Source: Bacteroidia bacterium
GTDB lineage: Bacteria; Bacteroidota; Bacteroidia; JADZBD01
NCBI GenBank assembly: GCA_020054095.1
Contig: JAGVMA010000044.1
Location: forward strand, 19,722 to 83,721
Direction of reading: 5' to 3'
Length of the DNA stretch: 64,000 bases
In this document: positions 1 through 9,966 of the stretch, piece after piece
Position numbering within the stretch: position 1 is the first letter of the stretch
How the letters are laid out: each line of letters begins with the position of its first letter
The notes under the pieces: model-generated
What the model was told of the DNA's origin: nothing
What the model saw: the letters and a program-made list of their open reading frames with translations, nothing else
Databases searched by the model: none
Translations under genes and position numbers: made by a program

Positions 1-749
1 GCGGCAGCGGTTGTGGTTCCGCTAATTACAATTTTGCGGACACTGCATCGCAAAATACAGGAGCAAGTTATTTTTGGAATTTTGGCGATGGCAACACATC
101 TGCATTGCCACAGGCAAATCATAATTATTCGCAAAGCGGAAATTATACCATTACGCTTGTGATAACATCATCACAAGGTTGCAGCAACACATTTAGCACA
201 ACCTATAACGCCATTGTGTATCCTATACCATTAGCCAGTTTCACAAGTACGCCCACACAGGTTACTAATGTATATCCACTTGTAAGTTTTTTAAACACAA
301 CCATTAATGCAAGTAGTTACAGTTGGGATTTTGGCGATGGGAATAATTCGCTGCAACAAAATCCAACTCACACTTATGCCGACAAGGGCATATATGTTGT
401 AACGCTTTATACTTCAAATAATTTCGGTTGCCGCGATACTGTTTCCGAAACACTTGAAATTAATCCTGAGTTTGCATACTATATTCCCAATGCATTTACG
501 CCTAATGATGATGGCGATAACGATGTGTTTAACGGAGTGGGGCAGGAGGTAACAGATTTTAAGATGATGATATACAACCGCTGGGGCGAGTTAATTTATC
601 AAACCGAAAACGTAAACAAAGGTTGGGACGGCAGAGCAAAAGGCGGTGATGAAGTAGCCCAAGACGGAGTGTATGTTTACAAAATAATAATTAAAGATTT
701 TGAATTACGCTACCACGAATTTACCGGAAGCGTTACTTTATTAAAGTAA
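1..749 (+). CDS. PKD-domain surface protein with gliding-motility-associated (type B) T9SS C-terminal sorting domain; 5' end lies outside the window
   Basis: The frame is open from nt 1 (FGDGNTSALPQANHNY... PKD-like repeats). The C-terminal EINPEFAYYIPNAFTPNDDGDNDVF...WGELIYQT...GWDG motif is typical of type B T9SS C-terminal domains. Confidence 0.7.
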   Translation, partial: GSGCGSANYNFADTASQNTGASYFWNFGDGNTSALPQANHNYSQSGNYTITLVITSSQGCSNTFSTTYNAIVYPIPLASFTSTPTQVTNVYPLVSFLNTTINASSYSWDFGDGNNSLQQNPTHTYADKGIYVVTLYTSNNFGCRDTVSETLEINPEFAYYIPNAFTPNDDGDNDVFNGVGQEVTDFKMMIYNRWGELIYQTENVNKGWDGRAKGGDEVAQDGVYVYKIIIKDFELRYHEFTGSVTLLK

Positions 750-818
750 GAGTTTTTGGTTCTCCCTTCTGTTTGCTCTTACTTTTTAATCACCACCTGC
801 GCAAATCGGGTGGTGATT

Positions 819-1763
819 TTATTCCATACCAATATGTATTAACGCATCGCCTTCGTTCACCACCGGCTGGTTGTTAATGCCAATGATATAACCCGTTTCG
901 GGAGCTTTTAATTGTTCTTCAATTTCGCCATAAGGATCGGATAAAGTTCCTATCACCTCATTTTTTTTGATGAGTGAACCATATTTTTTTGTGGTACGGA
1001 ACAAGCCGCTCATATCTGCTCGCACCCAAGTGGTGTCGTTTAAAACTTTGGTTTCGCATTCGGGTACTTCCACATCTATCATCCCTAAATTTTTCATCAT
1101 GCGCAAGCAGCCATTAATGCCCTCGGTAATAGCGGTTTTATTAAATCGCATCGATTCGCCCGCTTCGTAAACCAAAATTTCTTTTCCTTTTTTTGCTGCT
1201 TCGTGCCGCAAAGTTTTTTCGCGGTAAGGAGCATCTAAAATAAATGGCGAACCAAAAAGTTTTGCCAATTCTAAATTTTTATTGTCGCTAAAAACACAAC
1301 GCAACTGTGGGTAGTTATTAATTTTTGCACCACCGGTATGAAAGTCAACCCCAAAATCTATTTGCGGAATAATTTCTTTCATCATATCATAAGCAATGCG
1401 CGAGCCCAGCGAACCGCTTTGTGAGCCCGGGAAACAGCGGTTTAAATCTTTTCCATCAGGCAAATCGCGCGAGTGATTTAAAAACGAAATGATATTTATA
1501 ATTGGCATTGCAAGCACGCTGCCTTTTTTAAGTTTAGAAAAATAACCGCCACGCAAAAGTTGGCGTACTATTTCTATTCCGTTGGTTTCATCGCCATGCA
1601 GGCCGGCTGTTAGCAAAAGCACCGGACCATCTTCCATTGAGCGAAAAACGTGTACCGGAATTTCCATGATGGTGCGCGTGGGCAATCGGTATAAGTTTAA
1701 ATTTACTTCTGCTTCTTTTCCTGGTTTTATAACCTGATTATTTATTACAATTTCTTTTGGCAT
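819..1763 (-). CDS. succinylglutamate desuccinylase/aspartoacylase (AstE/AspA) family zinc deacylase
   Basis: GLHGDETNGIEIV and HTGG motifs. It is adjacent to and co-oriented with a RimK ligase. Confidence 0.7.
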   Translation of the reverse strand: MPKEIVINNQVIKPGKEAEVNLNLYRLPTRTIMEIPVHVFRSMEDGPVLLLTAGLHGDETNGIEIVRQLLRGGYFSKLKKGSVLAMPIINIISFLNHSRDLPDGKDLNRCFPGSQSGSLGSRIAYDMMKEIIPQIDFGVDFHTGGAKINNYPQLRCVFSDNKNLELAKLFGSPFILDAPYREKTLRHEAAKKGKEILVYEAGESMRFNKTAITEGINGCLRMMKNLGMIDVEVPECETKVLNDTTWVRADMSGLFRTTKKYGSLIKKNEVIGTLSDPYGEIEEQLKAPETGYIIGINNQPVVNEGDALIHIGME

Positions 1764-1769
1764 AATTAA

Positions 1770-2660
1770 TTAGTGTAAAACATGATGAAATTCGTTTCGC
1801 TCAACGTACTCAATAATTTTTCCGGCAATATCCACACCGGTAGCACCTTCAATGCCTTCTAAACCGGGCGATGAGTTTACTTCCATCACCAACGGACCTC
1901 TTTTAGACTGCAACATATCTACACCGGCAATGGCGAGCCCGAGTTTTTTTACTGCTTTTATTGCGGTAGATTTTTCTTCGGCACTCAATTCAATTACCGA
2001 TGCATGACCACCACGATGTAAGTTGGAGCGAAAGTCTCCTTTTGCCCCCTGTCTTTTCATCGCGCCTACTATTTGACCATCTACCACAAATGTGCGTATA
2101 TCTGCGCCTTTTGCTTCTTCAATAAATTCCTGAACTAAAATGTTTACTTCTACTCCCAAAAATGCTTCAATTACTGATTTTGCAGAGTTACGTGTTTCCG
2201 CCAATATTACGCCAATGCCTTGTGTGCCTTCCAATAATTTTATTACCACAGGCGCACCACCTACTTGGTTTAGTACGCTATCAATATCTTTCGGACTCGA
2301 TGCAAAAGCGGTTTTTGGCATTCCTACTCCTGCTTTTGCAAGCAATTGTAAACTCCGCAGTTTATCTCGCGAACGAACCAATGCCTGCGATTCAACCGAT
2401 GAAAAAACTTTCATTTGCTCAAACTGACGCACCACTGCTGCTCCATAAAAAGTAACCGAAGCACCAATGCGTGGAATTATGGCATTGATGTTTTTTAACT
2501 CCTCGTTTTTATAAAAAATATGCGGCTTATTTTTTTCAATTACAAGTACACATTTTTGGTGGTCAATCACTTGAATTTTGTGGCCACGCTTTAAACCGGC
2601 TTCCACCAACCGATTGGTAGAATATAATTTTGCGCTGCGCGATAAAATGGCAATGTTCAT
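1770..2660 (-). CDS. rimK: RimK-family alpha-L-glutamate ligase (ATP-grasp)
   Basis: ATP-grasp motifs (GSxGx[33 protein letters not shown]) over its 296 aa. Confidence 0.8.
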   Translation of the reverse strand: MNIAILSRSAKLYSTNRLVEAGLKRGHKIQVIDHQKCVLVIEKNKPHIFYKNEELKNINAIIPRIGASVTFYGAAVVRQFEQMKVFSSVESQALVRSRDKLRSLQLLAKAGVGMPKTAFASSPKDIDSVLNQVGGAPVVIKLLEGTQGIGVILAETRNSAKSVIEAFLGVEVNILVQEFIEEAKGADIRTFVVDGQIVGAMKRQGAKGDFRSNLHRGGHASVIELSAEEKSTAIKAVKKLGLAIAGVDMLQSKRGPLVMEVNSSPGLEGIEGATGVDIAGKIIEYVERNEFHHVLH

Positions 2661-3121
2661 TTGTTGGTTTTTTTCTTTTTTAGTTTTTTATTTAACTGTG
2701 CAATAAATTCTTTTGATACATCTACAATAAAACGATTTTTTAAAAGTCGCCTGCCTACCAAAACCGGATAACGCATGGTGCCTCTGTTGGTGAGCGAAAT
2801 TACTGATTTAATGGTTCGTCTGCCCACACGCACTTTTGTTTTTATAATGTAACGTAGCTCCGATTCGCCAAACGAATTTTTAATTTCTTTTTGGCTGAAT
2901 GATTTAAAAACCTGCTGCTGCTCGTTATATTCCGGATGTGTTGGATCGAGCAATTTGAAATACAGCAATCCGTTTTGCTCATGAATATCGTGGCAATGCA
3001 AGGCGGTGCTAAAAGCGCCCGTATCAATTTTTGCCGCTATGTTCATCAGGCCTAATTCCGGAAAATCAATGTATTCTTTGCTTCCTATTATGTTTTTTGC
3101 CCGCTTATTTTTGGTAGCCAT
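2657..3121 (-). CDS. RimK-associated ATP-dependent zinc protease-like (retropepsin-like) protein
   Basis: The MATKNKRAK...[16 protein letters not shown] motif (aspartic D-T/S-G fold). It overlaps the rimK start by 4 nt. The start was chosen at an internal Met so it does not overlap the divergent gene at 3170. Confidence 0.55.
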   Translation of the reverse strand: MATKNKRAKNIIGSKEYIDFPELGLMNIAAKIDTGAFSTALHCHDIHEQNGLLYFKLLDPTHPEYNEQQQVFKSFSQKEIKNSFGESELRYIIKTKVRVGRRTIKSVISLTNRGTMRYPVLVGRRLLKNRFIVDVSKEFIAQLNKKLKKKKTNK

Positions 3122-3169
3122 AAATAGCTTTCTGCTCCATGCAAGGTAGCATTTTTTATATTTACGGAA

Positions 3170-4213
3170 TTGAAAAAAGTAGATTATATAATTGTGGGTA
3201 AAGGCATAGCGGGTACTGTTATGGCGCTCCAACTTGTGCAGCAAAATAAAACTGTTTTGGTGATTGATGAAAATGCCCAAAGCAGCGCATCAAAAATTGC
3301 TGCCGGATTAGTAAATCCTATTGTGTTTAAGCGAATGGTAAAATCGTGGATGATGGACGAAACGCTACCTGCCATGATGGAATTTTATACCAACTGCGAA
3401 AAATTATTTGCGGCTAAATTTTTTTCCGAGCGAAGAATAGTAAAAATTTTTGCCGAAGAACAAGAAGTAAATTTTTGGAATAAAAAACGTGCCGATTATC
3501 ATTTTTTATCCGAACCGCTGCCGGGTAAAAATTACATCAACACAATTGAAACGCCTTTCGGTTATGCTTTTGTAAACAATGCAGCGCATTTAGAAGTAGT
3601 ATCGTTTTTAAATCATTCGCACAATTACTTACAAGATAAATGCGAATTAGTAAACGAGAAATTTGATTACAACCAAATTAAATTTTTGGATGATGAAGTA
3701 ACATATAAAAACTACAGAGCCAAAAAAATTATTTTTTGTGAAGGGCATAAAGCCATGGGCAACCCATTTTTTAACTATGCACAATTCAAATTAACCAAAG
3801 GAGAATTGCTCGAGTTAAGTATAAAACAAATGCCAGCTACAAATGATGTACTGAACAAAAATGTTTTTTTATTGCCGCACACAACAAATAATTTTACGCT
3901 TGGCGCCACTTACAACTGGACAGATTTAACAGAAGAAATAACTACCGATGCAAAAAACGATTTACTAAACAAACTTGGTAAAATAATTAGTTTGCCGATA
4001 GAAGTTATTTCGCAGCGAGCAGGAATACGACCTGCCGTTGCCGATAGAAGACCATTGCTTGGCTTACATCGTGAGCATAAGCAATTAGTAATTTTTAACG
4101 GACTTGGCACAAAAGGAGTTTTATATGCGCCCTATTTTGCGCAGCAACTCGTAAGTTTTTTGGAAAATAAAAAACCGCTGCCACCCGAAGTGGATGTAAA
4201 CAGATTTGCTTAA
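3170..4213 (+). CDS. FAD-dependent oxidoreductase (DAO family, MnmC C-terminal-domain-like)
   Basis: N-terminal dinucleotide-binding motif IIVGKGIAGTVMA..VLVIDE. It converges on tadA. Confidence 0.55.
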   Translation: MKKVDYIIVGKGIAGTVMALQLVQQNKTVLVIDENAQSSASKIAAGLVNPIVFKRMVKSWMMDETLPAMMEFYTNCEKLFAAKFFSERRIVKIFAEEQEVNFWNKKRADYHFLSEPLPGKNYINTIETPFGYAFVNNAAHLEVVSFLNHSHNYLQDKCELVNEKFDYNQIKFLDDEVTYKNYRAKKIIFCEGHKAMGNPFFNYAQFKLTKGELLELSIKQMPATNDVLNKNVFLLPHTTNNFTLGATYNWTDLTEEITTDAKNDLLNKLGKIISLPIEVISQRAGIRPAVADRRPLLGLHREHKQLVIFNGLGTKGVLYAPYFAQQLVSFLENKKPLPPEVDVNRFA

Positions 4214-4650
4214 CGCTTTTTCCTGAAAAATTCTTTTAGCAATTCGGCGCAATCGTGCTGCAGCACACCGCTGATGACGGTGGTTTTAGGATGTAACAAA
4301 TTTGTCTCTGTTTTTTTATAGCCGCGTTTTTCATCGGCAGCACCATACACTACCGTTTTAACTTGCGACCAAAATAGCGCTCCGGCACACATCACACATG
4401 GCTCAAGTGTAACATAAAGTGTACACTCGTTTAAATATTTTCCGCCCAAATGATTGGCTGCTGCGGTTATTGCCTGCATCTCGGCATGAGCGGTTACATC
4501 GTTTAATCGCTCGGTTAAATTATGTGCGCGTGCAATTATGGTATTGTTGCAAACCACCACTGTGCCCACAGGCACTTCATCGGCATCAAAAGCTTTTTGT
4601 GCTTCCTTTAGCGCTTCGCGCATGTATTTTTCGTGTGATGTGTCGAGCAT
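4210..4650 (-). CDS. tadA: tRNA-specific adenosine deaminase
   Basis: CDA-fold zinc motifs HAEMQAI and PCVMCAGAL. The size is 146 aa. Confidence 0.85.
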   Translation of the reverse strand: MLDTSHEKYMREALKEAQKAFDADEVPVGTVVVCNNTIIARAHNLTERLNDVTAHAEMQAITAAANHLGGKYLNECTLYVTLEPCVMCAGALFWSQVKTVVYGAADEKRGYKKTETNLLHPKTTVISGVLQHDCAELLKEFFRKKR

Positions 4651-4671
4651 GATTACACTTTTTTATTTTGT

Positions 4672-4825
4672 GCGTGAGATTGCTTCGCTATGCTCGCAAT
4701 GACGATGAAAAGAAGCAAGCGGCAAGAAAGAAAAAATATACGAGATTGCCTGCCTGCGAAAGGCGGGCTTGCAATGACGAGTGCAAATGGCGTCATTGCG
4801 AAGGAGCGAAGCAACTGCGGCAATC
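4672..4825. repeat. composite GC-rich palindromic element (terminal inverted repeats plus an internal hairpin), the founding copy of a dispersed repeat family
   Basis: ttgcttcgctatgctcgcaatgacg (4681-4705) is the inverted complement of cgtcattgcgaaggagcgaagcaa (4789-4812). There is an internal hairpin gcctgcctgcgaaaggcgggc. Half or related copies lie at 6239-6280, 12893-12960 and 30565-30655. Confidence 0.6.
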
Positions 4826-4834
4826 TAAGTTTCA

Positions 4835-6323
4835 TTATTTAAATTTCAGTTTTTTGATATTTTTTTCAATGTACTTATCCGTTGGCAACAAACTTGTTTG
4901 TATGCGCTTAGCGTAGCGTATTGAATCTAAAATTTCTTTTTGATTCTCTTCTACCAAGTGTTTTTGATTTTCCACTACCTGCTTTTGTTGTTCAATAATT
5001 AATTTTTGTTTTTGTGTTACACGCAAATTACGGAAAACAAAAAATGCAAATGCAACTACTAAAAGCAAAACTCCACTCACCGAAAACAAAATAATTTGCT
5101 GTTGCTTTTTATCGGCAACTGCTTTTTGGTCTTTTACTTCTTGCTCGGCTTTGGCAGCGGTTTCTTTTTTATCAAACTCGTATTGCATTTGTTGTTGCAC
5201 AGTTTTTTTGGTGTTTTCTTCGTTCACTAAACTATCGCGGTATAAAACATATAGTTTGTAGTTTTCTAATGCGCCTTTATAATTGCCTAATGCGCTATCG
5301 GATTTAGACAGACCATAAAAAGTGTTTTTTTATTGATTCTTTTTCGGCTAATTCAAGTGATAGTTTTAACGCTTTTTCAAGCCATTGTCTGCCAGTTTTA
5401 GCTTCATTGATAAATGGATAAAGATTCCCAATGTTGATATATGAAAGGCACACAAAGCTTTTATCACCAATTATTTCTCCCATTTTTAAAGCCAAAAAAT
5501 AATTATTTTTTGCCTCGGCATAGTTGCCTTGTTCGAAGTACAATGCGCCAAGATTGCCAAGGGAAATGGCCAGCCCTCGTTTGTCACCAATTTCTTCTTT
5601 TATTTTTAGTGACAAAGTGTGATATTTTACTACCATAGTGTAATTTCTTTGTTTAAAATAAATGCCGGCAATATTATTATAGGTAGAAGCCATTCCCTTT
5701 TTATCACCAATATCTTCCTTTATTTTCAATGAGGAGAAATAGGATTTAAGTGCTTCCGAGTAATTATTTTGGTTAGAATAGAGGTTTCCTATATTATTGT
5801 AGCAGTTGGCCACCCCTTTTTTATCACTTATTTCCTCAAAAATAGTTAAAGAAAAATAATAGCATTTCAGCGCTTCGGTATAATTCCCCATTTCAAGATA
5901 ACTCATCCCGCAGCCATTGCTGGAACGCGCCATCCCATCTTTATTGCCTAACTCCGTGTGTAACTTTAAACTTGCTAAATTATTTTTTATCGCTTCGGGG
6001 TGATTCCCCTGTAAATGATATATATTGCCAATGTTATTGTGATAATGCGCCATCCCTTTTTTAAAATTCAATTTTTCGGTAAGCGCTTTAGCTGTGTTGG
6101 CATAGTAAATCGCAGTGTCGTAATTCCCTGCTTGCCACCCCGCCCATTTGCTTAGAGCGTTTAACACATTCACCTTATTTGTATCCTCCTTAGCCGTTTT
6201 TAAAATGGCGAGTAGTGAGTCTATTTTTTTGTTTCCTTGCGCGTGAGATTGCTTCGCTACGCTCGCAATGACGAGGGCAATAAAAAACGGGAGTTTACTA
6301 TTTAACGCGAGTGGGTTTTTCAT
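4835..6323 (-). pseudogene. TPR-repeat / TM / coiled-coil sensor paralog, frameshifted at a homopolymer and lacking the SpoIIE phosphatase domain
   Basis: ORF 5304..6323 (signal peptide plus TPRs) and ORF 4835..5227 (TPR continuation, TM helix, coiled coil, ILDSIRYAKRIQTSLLP) are in different frames. The second frame stays open up to 5329 and reads TPR-like sequence (...KSDSALGNYKGALENYKLY...). The switch must occur within 5307-5329, next to the A7/T7 run at 5325-5331. The architecture matches the paralog at 24459..26435 up to the start of its phosphatase domain. Confidence 0.5.
6239..6280. repeat. solo half-copy of the palindromic repeat family
   Basis: gcgcgtgagattgcttcgctacgctcgcaatgacgag is nearly identical to 4672-4706. 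On the minus strand it encodes ...LVIASVAKQSHAQ of the TPR protein's predicted signal peptide. Confidence 0.55.
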
Positions 6324-6367
6324 GCGAGAGGTAAATTTAAAATAATATTCGCAATCACAATTCTCAG

Positions 6368-9300
6368 CTAAAAATACGCCCGTACTTGTGCGCTGCCTGT
6401 GTGTATTACTTTAATGCCTTCGGGTTTGCGGCCATCGTAAATAAATGATAGCTGCATATTGTTGTTTAAATTTCGCTGATAGGATAATTGCCAGGTAAAA
6501 TTATTTCCGGGTTTTAACGATTCGAGCATTTCAAATGCGAGCGGAGAATTTTCGGCATCGTTATAAGTAATTTTTAAATAGTTTGCTTTTGCAAGCAAGC
6601 TGCCTTTTGATAGTATGTTGTATTTTATTTCTGCACCCGCACTTTGTATCGTAGTTTTTTGTCCGCCCAGTTCCACGCTGTTTTTCTTTTCGCTGTAGCG
6701 CAAAATTATTGCTGCTCTAAACGATGTGTTGGGCTGATAAGAAATGCGCGGCTCGGCATCGCTATATGCAATTTTATAATTGCGCGTGGAAAAAAACTGC
6801 GATGTGTTTGATTTTAAACCGCTGCGTACCGAAGATGTTACACTCCATTTGCTGCTGAGGTTAATACGCAATTTTAATTCGTTAAAAGTATTTCCGCGCG
6901 CATCAAACCCGTTTGCCAAAAGTGTTTTATTGCGGTTATCACTATAAGTGTAATCCATCCCGAAAATCATTCCGGCTTGGTTAAAAAACAACGTGTTTCG
7001 CACCGATGAGTTAAGCGCCAGCAAAGTGCTGTCGGCCACATTTTTTAAAAACGGATTATACGATTTTGTTAAATTTTCATCAGTTGATTTTCTATCTACA
7101 CGGTAAGCAGTTTGGTTTGCAAAGCGCGACAAAAATTTTCGCACACCTTTTTTTGTGTTCCATATTGCGGCAGGTTTCAGTAAAAATGTTTGGCTAAACT
7201 GATTGGTATATGTTTTTACATAATCATTAGTAGGCACAAATACTTTTATGTAAGTAGCTTGATCAGGAAAAGCTGCAATTTCAAATTCGTTTAACTCTTT
7301 CACTTCGTTTCCGTTGTAATCCACCCAAGTGTAAACGCCTTGTCCGGCAGGCACTTCAATAAAAGTAAACTCACGTTTTAGCTCAAGTCCGCTTCCTATT
7401 TCATAAAAAGTAGAAGAGTTTATTAATCCTTTGTAAAGTATAAAATCATATTCGGTGCGGCCCACAAGTGAGTTATCGGGCTTGTTAAGTATGAGCGTGG
7501 AATCAACAATTTTTAAATTACGATAAGTGGTTGTAAATCTAAAACGCTGTTTTTGGTTTTTTAGCAACTGCAAATCGAACATCACATTATCGGCAATGGC
7601 AGTAGTGTTTAGGTAATTTTGTTTCACCGCTTTATCTTCTCTTCGCTTGTAGCTAAGTGTAAATTTATTTTTAAATGTATCCGGAGCCGATATAAAAGCT
7701 TCGGCTTCATAAAACTGGTAGCTGGCAGCAGTAAGCGAATCGGAAGCAATGGTGCGGAACTCGTTTTTTTCTGTTTGCGATTTTGCACCCAGTTTTATGT
7801 ATTTAAGATTATAAGCAAACGAACTTATTTGCCGTAAAAATTTTGTGCTCACCGTTTGCGTTTCGGAATTTAGTAGCGATCCGGTGGCGTTAAACGTAAT
7901 TTTTTTATTACTGATGTTGCTGAATAACCCGTGTTTAAATCCCTTGTAATTATCATCTTCCACAAAGCTGCTGAAATTATAACCCAGCACCGAGTTTTTG
8001 TTTACACGATACTCGGCAGTAGATGAAATTAAATGCTGGTTATTATTAAACGTGCCCGTGAGCGGCCGGTTCCAATCTCTATCAAACTCAATGGAACGAT
8101 AGCGCTCAATAAACGTAAATGTTTTTTGCACATACTCGTAGTTAGAGCTAAATTTTAACCATGTTGCCGAACCTTTACCGTCAGCCGATTTTGTTTTCCA
8201 TAATGGCAACGTAGATTCAAAACCTCCGCGTGCGGCAAAGCCCCTGTCGTTAAGTTTATTAAAACGCGAGTAAAGATTAATATCGTATTCGCTCATGGCG
8301 CCTTCGGCAAAAATTTTTGTGTTTTTTGTTTTGCCAAGTTTGTATTCTATTGATGAAGTGAGTAATTGTTTTTTCTTTGGAGAAATTAAAAGTATAACCG
8401 GCTCGAAACTTCCGCGCGGCAAGCCGGTAATGGTATCGGGCATTATCCATTGGTAAACTTTTCCGTTAGCCGATGAGTTTATTTGCACATAGTTTCCTTT
8501 GTTATTTCCTACAAATGAAAAACCAAGTCGCCAATTTGCAAGCGAGTCATCGGTTGAATAAACGTAAACATTGTTATAAGTAAACGAGCCAATGACAGAA
8601 TCAAGTTTTTGGTAAAACACTTCGCTGTTATTATAAGCAGCGCTATCTGCCGATGGCGCAATGGCATTTTGCAAACTATCGCCAACGGACGATAGCAGCA
8701 GTTTTTGCTCTTCGCTAAGCTGCTGCTGCAAAGGGCGGTTTTTGTTATCCTGCTCGTTAAAGTAATTTACTTTAAAAGCAAAATCGCCTTTAGTAAATTC
8801 ACTACCGACATGAAAAAGTGAGCGACCATAATTTTTATCGGAGTACTGAAACTCAACCGTAATCCGCTTGTCTTTTGTGATTTGAATTTTAGGAGTAAAA
8901 ATTATTTCGGCCGTGTTATAGTCAATCACATAATCGTTATCGGCACCGCGTTGCAAAAGCTCACCGTCTATGTAAACTTTTTCAGTACCTGAAAGAATAA
9001 TGATGAATAATTCGTTTTCGGCACCGCGCAAGCGATAAGGCCCTTGATTACTTTCAATGCCCATAAAAATTTGTCGGAAAAATTTTCCTTTGCTTACCGC
9101 ACCGCTTGCTGTTAAAAATAATTTTGCCGTTTTGTTGGGCAGCGGGTTGCTATCTAAATTAAATTTTGTGCTAAAACTTAAACCTTGCGCTCGTTTATAA
9201 AAATTCATGAAATGGCTGTTGGGTCGTTTCATCACAAAATCTCCGGCAATTAGTTTTGTATTTAGTTTTGATACTTGTATAAACACACGGTCGAACTCTT

Positions 9301-9910
9301 GTATTTGCTGCGTGTTTCCATCGGGCTGTATGGGAATATTTTCGTCTGTTGCCGAAAGCAATAAATCAACATCGTTATTCAGTTTGCCCGAAAGCTCCAA
9401 ATGCAAATTAGAGTTTACCGATAAATCTTGATTATTACCAAACTGAATGCCGCGCGATATGTTTCCATTTTTGTTTAATCCGCCAAAAGCAAAAATATCG
9501 TTGTTGGTTTTATTATCGGGCGTATAAATAAATGGATTGGTGATTTTTTTCTTTTCCGGATTTATCAGGTCGCTGTTTTTGCGCTGATATTTTTTACCGA
9601 AGTTAACCGGCAGCGCCCTGAACGAGATTTTACAGCTATCGCCTTTTATTTGCTTTTTATTAAGCTCGGTTCGGTTCCAAATTAACTTACTTTCGGCATG
9701 GTTTATTTTGTAAAAGTTGCTATCGGCAGCGGTTCCATCAGGTAAAATAATTTTTACAGTTCCGTAAACAACGCTCACCGTATCAAGTGTAATGGTATCC
9801 GCTTTAAGCGATATGTATTTTTGCCTGTTATTATTTTGCTGCTGGGCATAGCCATAGTTGCTCGCCACAAGCGCACCCGTAAAAACGATAAAAAGCAACT
9901 GTTTCACCAA
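6368..9910 (-). CDS. large secreted protein, probably an outer-membrane beta-barrel (function unknown)
   Basis: N-terminal signal peptide (…ASNYGYAQQQ), 1180 aa, Asn/Ser/Thr/Tyr-rich composition, and a C-terminal ...VRAYF aromatic terminus typical of OM barrels. Confidence 0.35.
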   Translation of the reverse strand: MVKQLLFIVFTGALVASNYGYAQQQNNNRQKYISLKADTITLDTVSVVYGTVKIILPDGTAADSNFYKINHAESKLIWNRTELNKKQIKGDSCKISFRALPVNFGKKYQRKNSDLINPEKKKITNPFIYTPDNKTNNDIFAFGGLNKNGNISRGIQFGNNQDLSVNSNLHLELSGKLNNDVDLLLSATDENIPIQPDGNTQQIQEFDRVFIQVSKLNTKLIAGDFVMKRPNSHFMNFYKRAQGLSFSTKFNLDSNPLPNKTAKLFLTASGAVSKGKFFRQIFMGIESNQGPYRLRGAENELFIIILSGTEKVYIDGELLQRGADNDYVIDYNTAEIIFTPKIQITKDKRITVEFQYSDKNYGRSLFHVGSEFTKGDFAFKVNYFNEQDNKNRPLQQQLSEEQKLLLSSVGDSLQNAIAPSADSAAYNNSEVFYQKLDSVIGSFTYNNVYVYSTDDSLANWRLGFSFVGNNKGNYVQINSSANGKVYQWIMPDTITGLPRGSFEPVILLISPKKKQLLTSSIEYKLGKTKNTKIFAEGAMSEYDINLYSRFNKLNDRGFAARGGFESTLPLWKTKSADGKGSATWLKFSSNYEYVQKTFTFIERYRSIEFDRDWNRPLTGTFNNNQHLISSTAEYRVNKNSVLGYNFSSFVEDDNYKGFKHGLFSNISNKKITFNATGSLLNSETQTVSTKFLRQISSFAYNLKYIKLGAKSQTEKNEFRTIASDSLTAASYQFYEAEAFISAPDTFKNKFTLSYKRREDKAVKQNYLNTTAIADNVMFDLQLLKNQKQRFRFTTTYRNLKIVDSTLILNKPDNSLVGRTEYDFILYKGLINSSTFYEIGSGLELKREFTFIEVPAGQGVYTWVDYNGNEVKELNEFEIAAFPDQATYIKVFVPTNDYVKTYTNQFSQTFLLKPAAIWNTKKGVRKFLSRFANQTAYRVDRKSTDENLTKSYNPFLKNVADSTLLALNSSVRNTLFFNQAGMIFGMDYTYSDNRNKTLLANGFDARGNTFNELKLRINLSSKWSVTSSVRSGLKSNTSQFFSTRNYKIAYSDAEPRISYQPNTSFRAAIILRYSEKKNSVELGGQKTTIQSAGAEIKYNILSKGSLLAKANYLKITYNDAENSPLAFEMLESLKPGNNFTWQLSYQRNLNNNMQLSFIYDGRKPEGIKVIHTGSAQVRAYF

Positions 9911-9966
9911 CTAACTAATTTACTAATTTGCAACACTAAATAACGTAATAATTAACAGTTTGTTGT

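Noticed and set aside
967-1170. Numerous 60-130-aa ORFs antisense to or nested within long well-supported genes (e.g. 967..1170, 2140..2455, 7619..7837, 17967..18359, 27601..28499, 53811..54225)
   Set aside because: They are embedded in the opposite strand of conserved genes, have low-complexity or composition-driven sequences, and lack start contexts. They are treated as six-frame noise.
4653-4916. ORFs 4653..4835 (-) and 4668..4916 (+) as protein-coding genes
   Set aside because: Both lie entirely within the GC-rich palindromic repeat element. Their 'proteins' are artefacts of the repeat being open in several frames (e.g. VIASIAKQSHAQ recurs wherever the repeat occurs).
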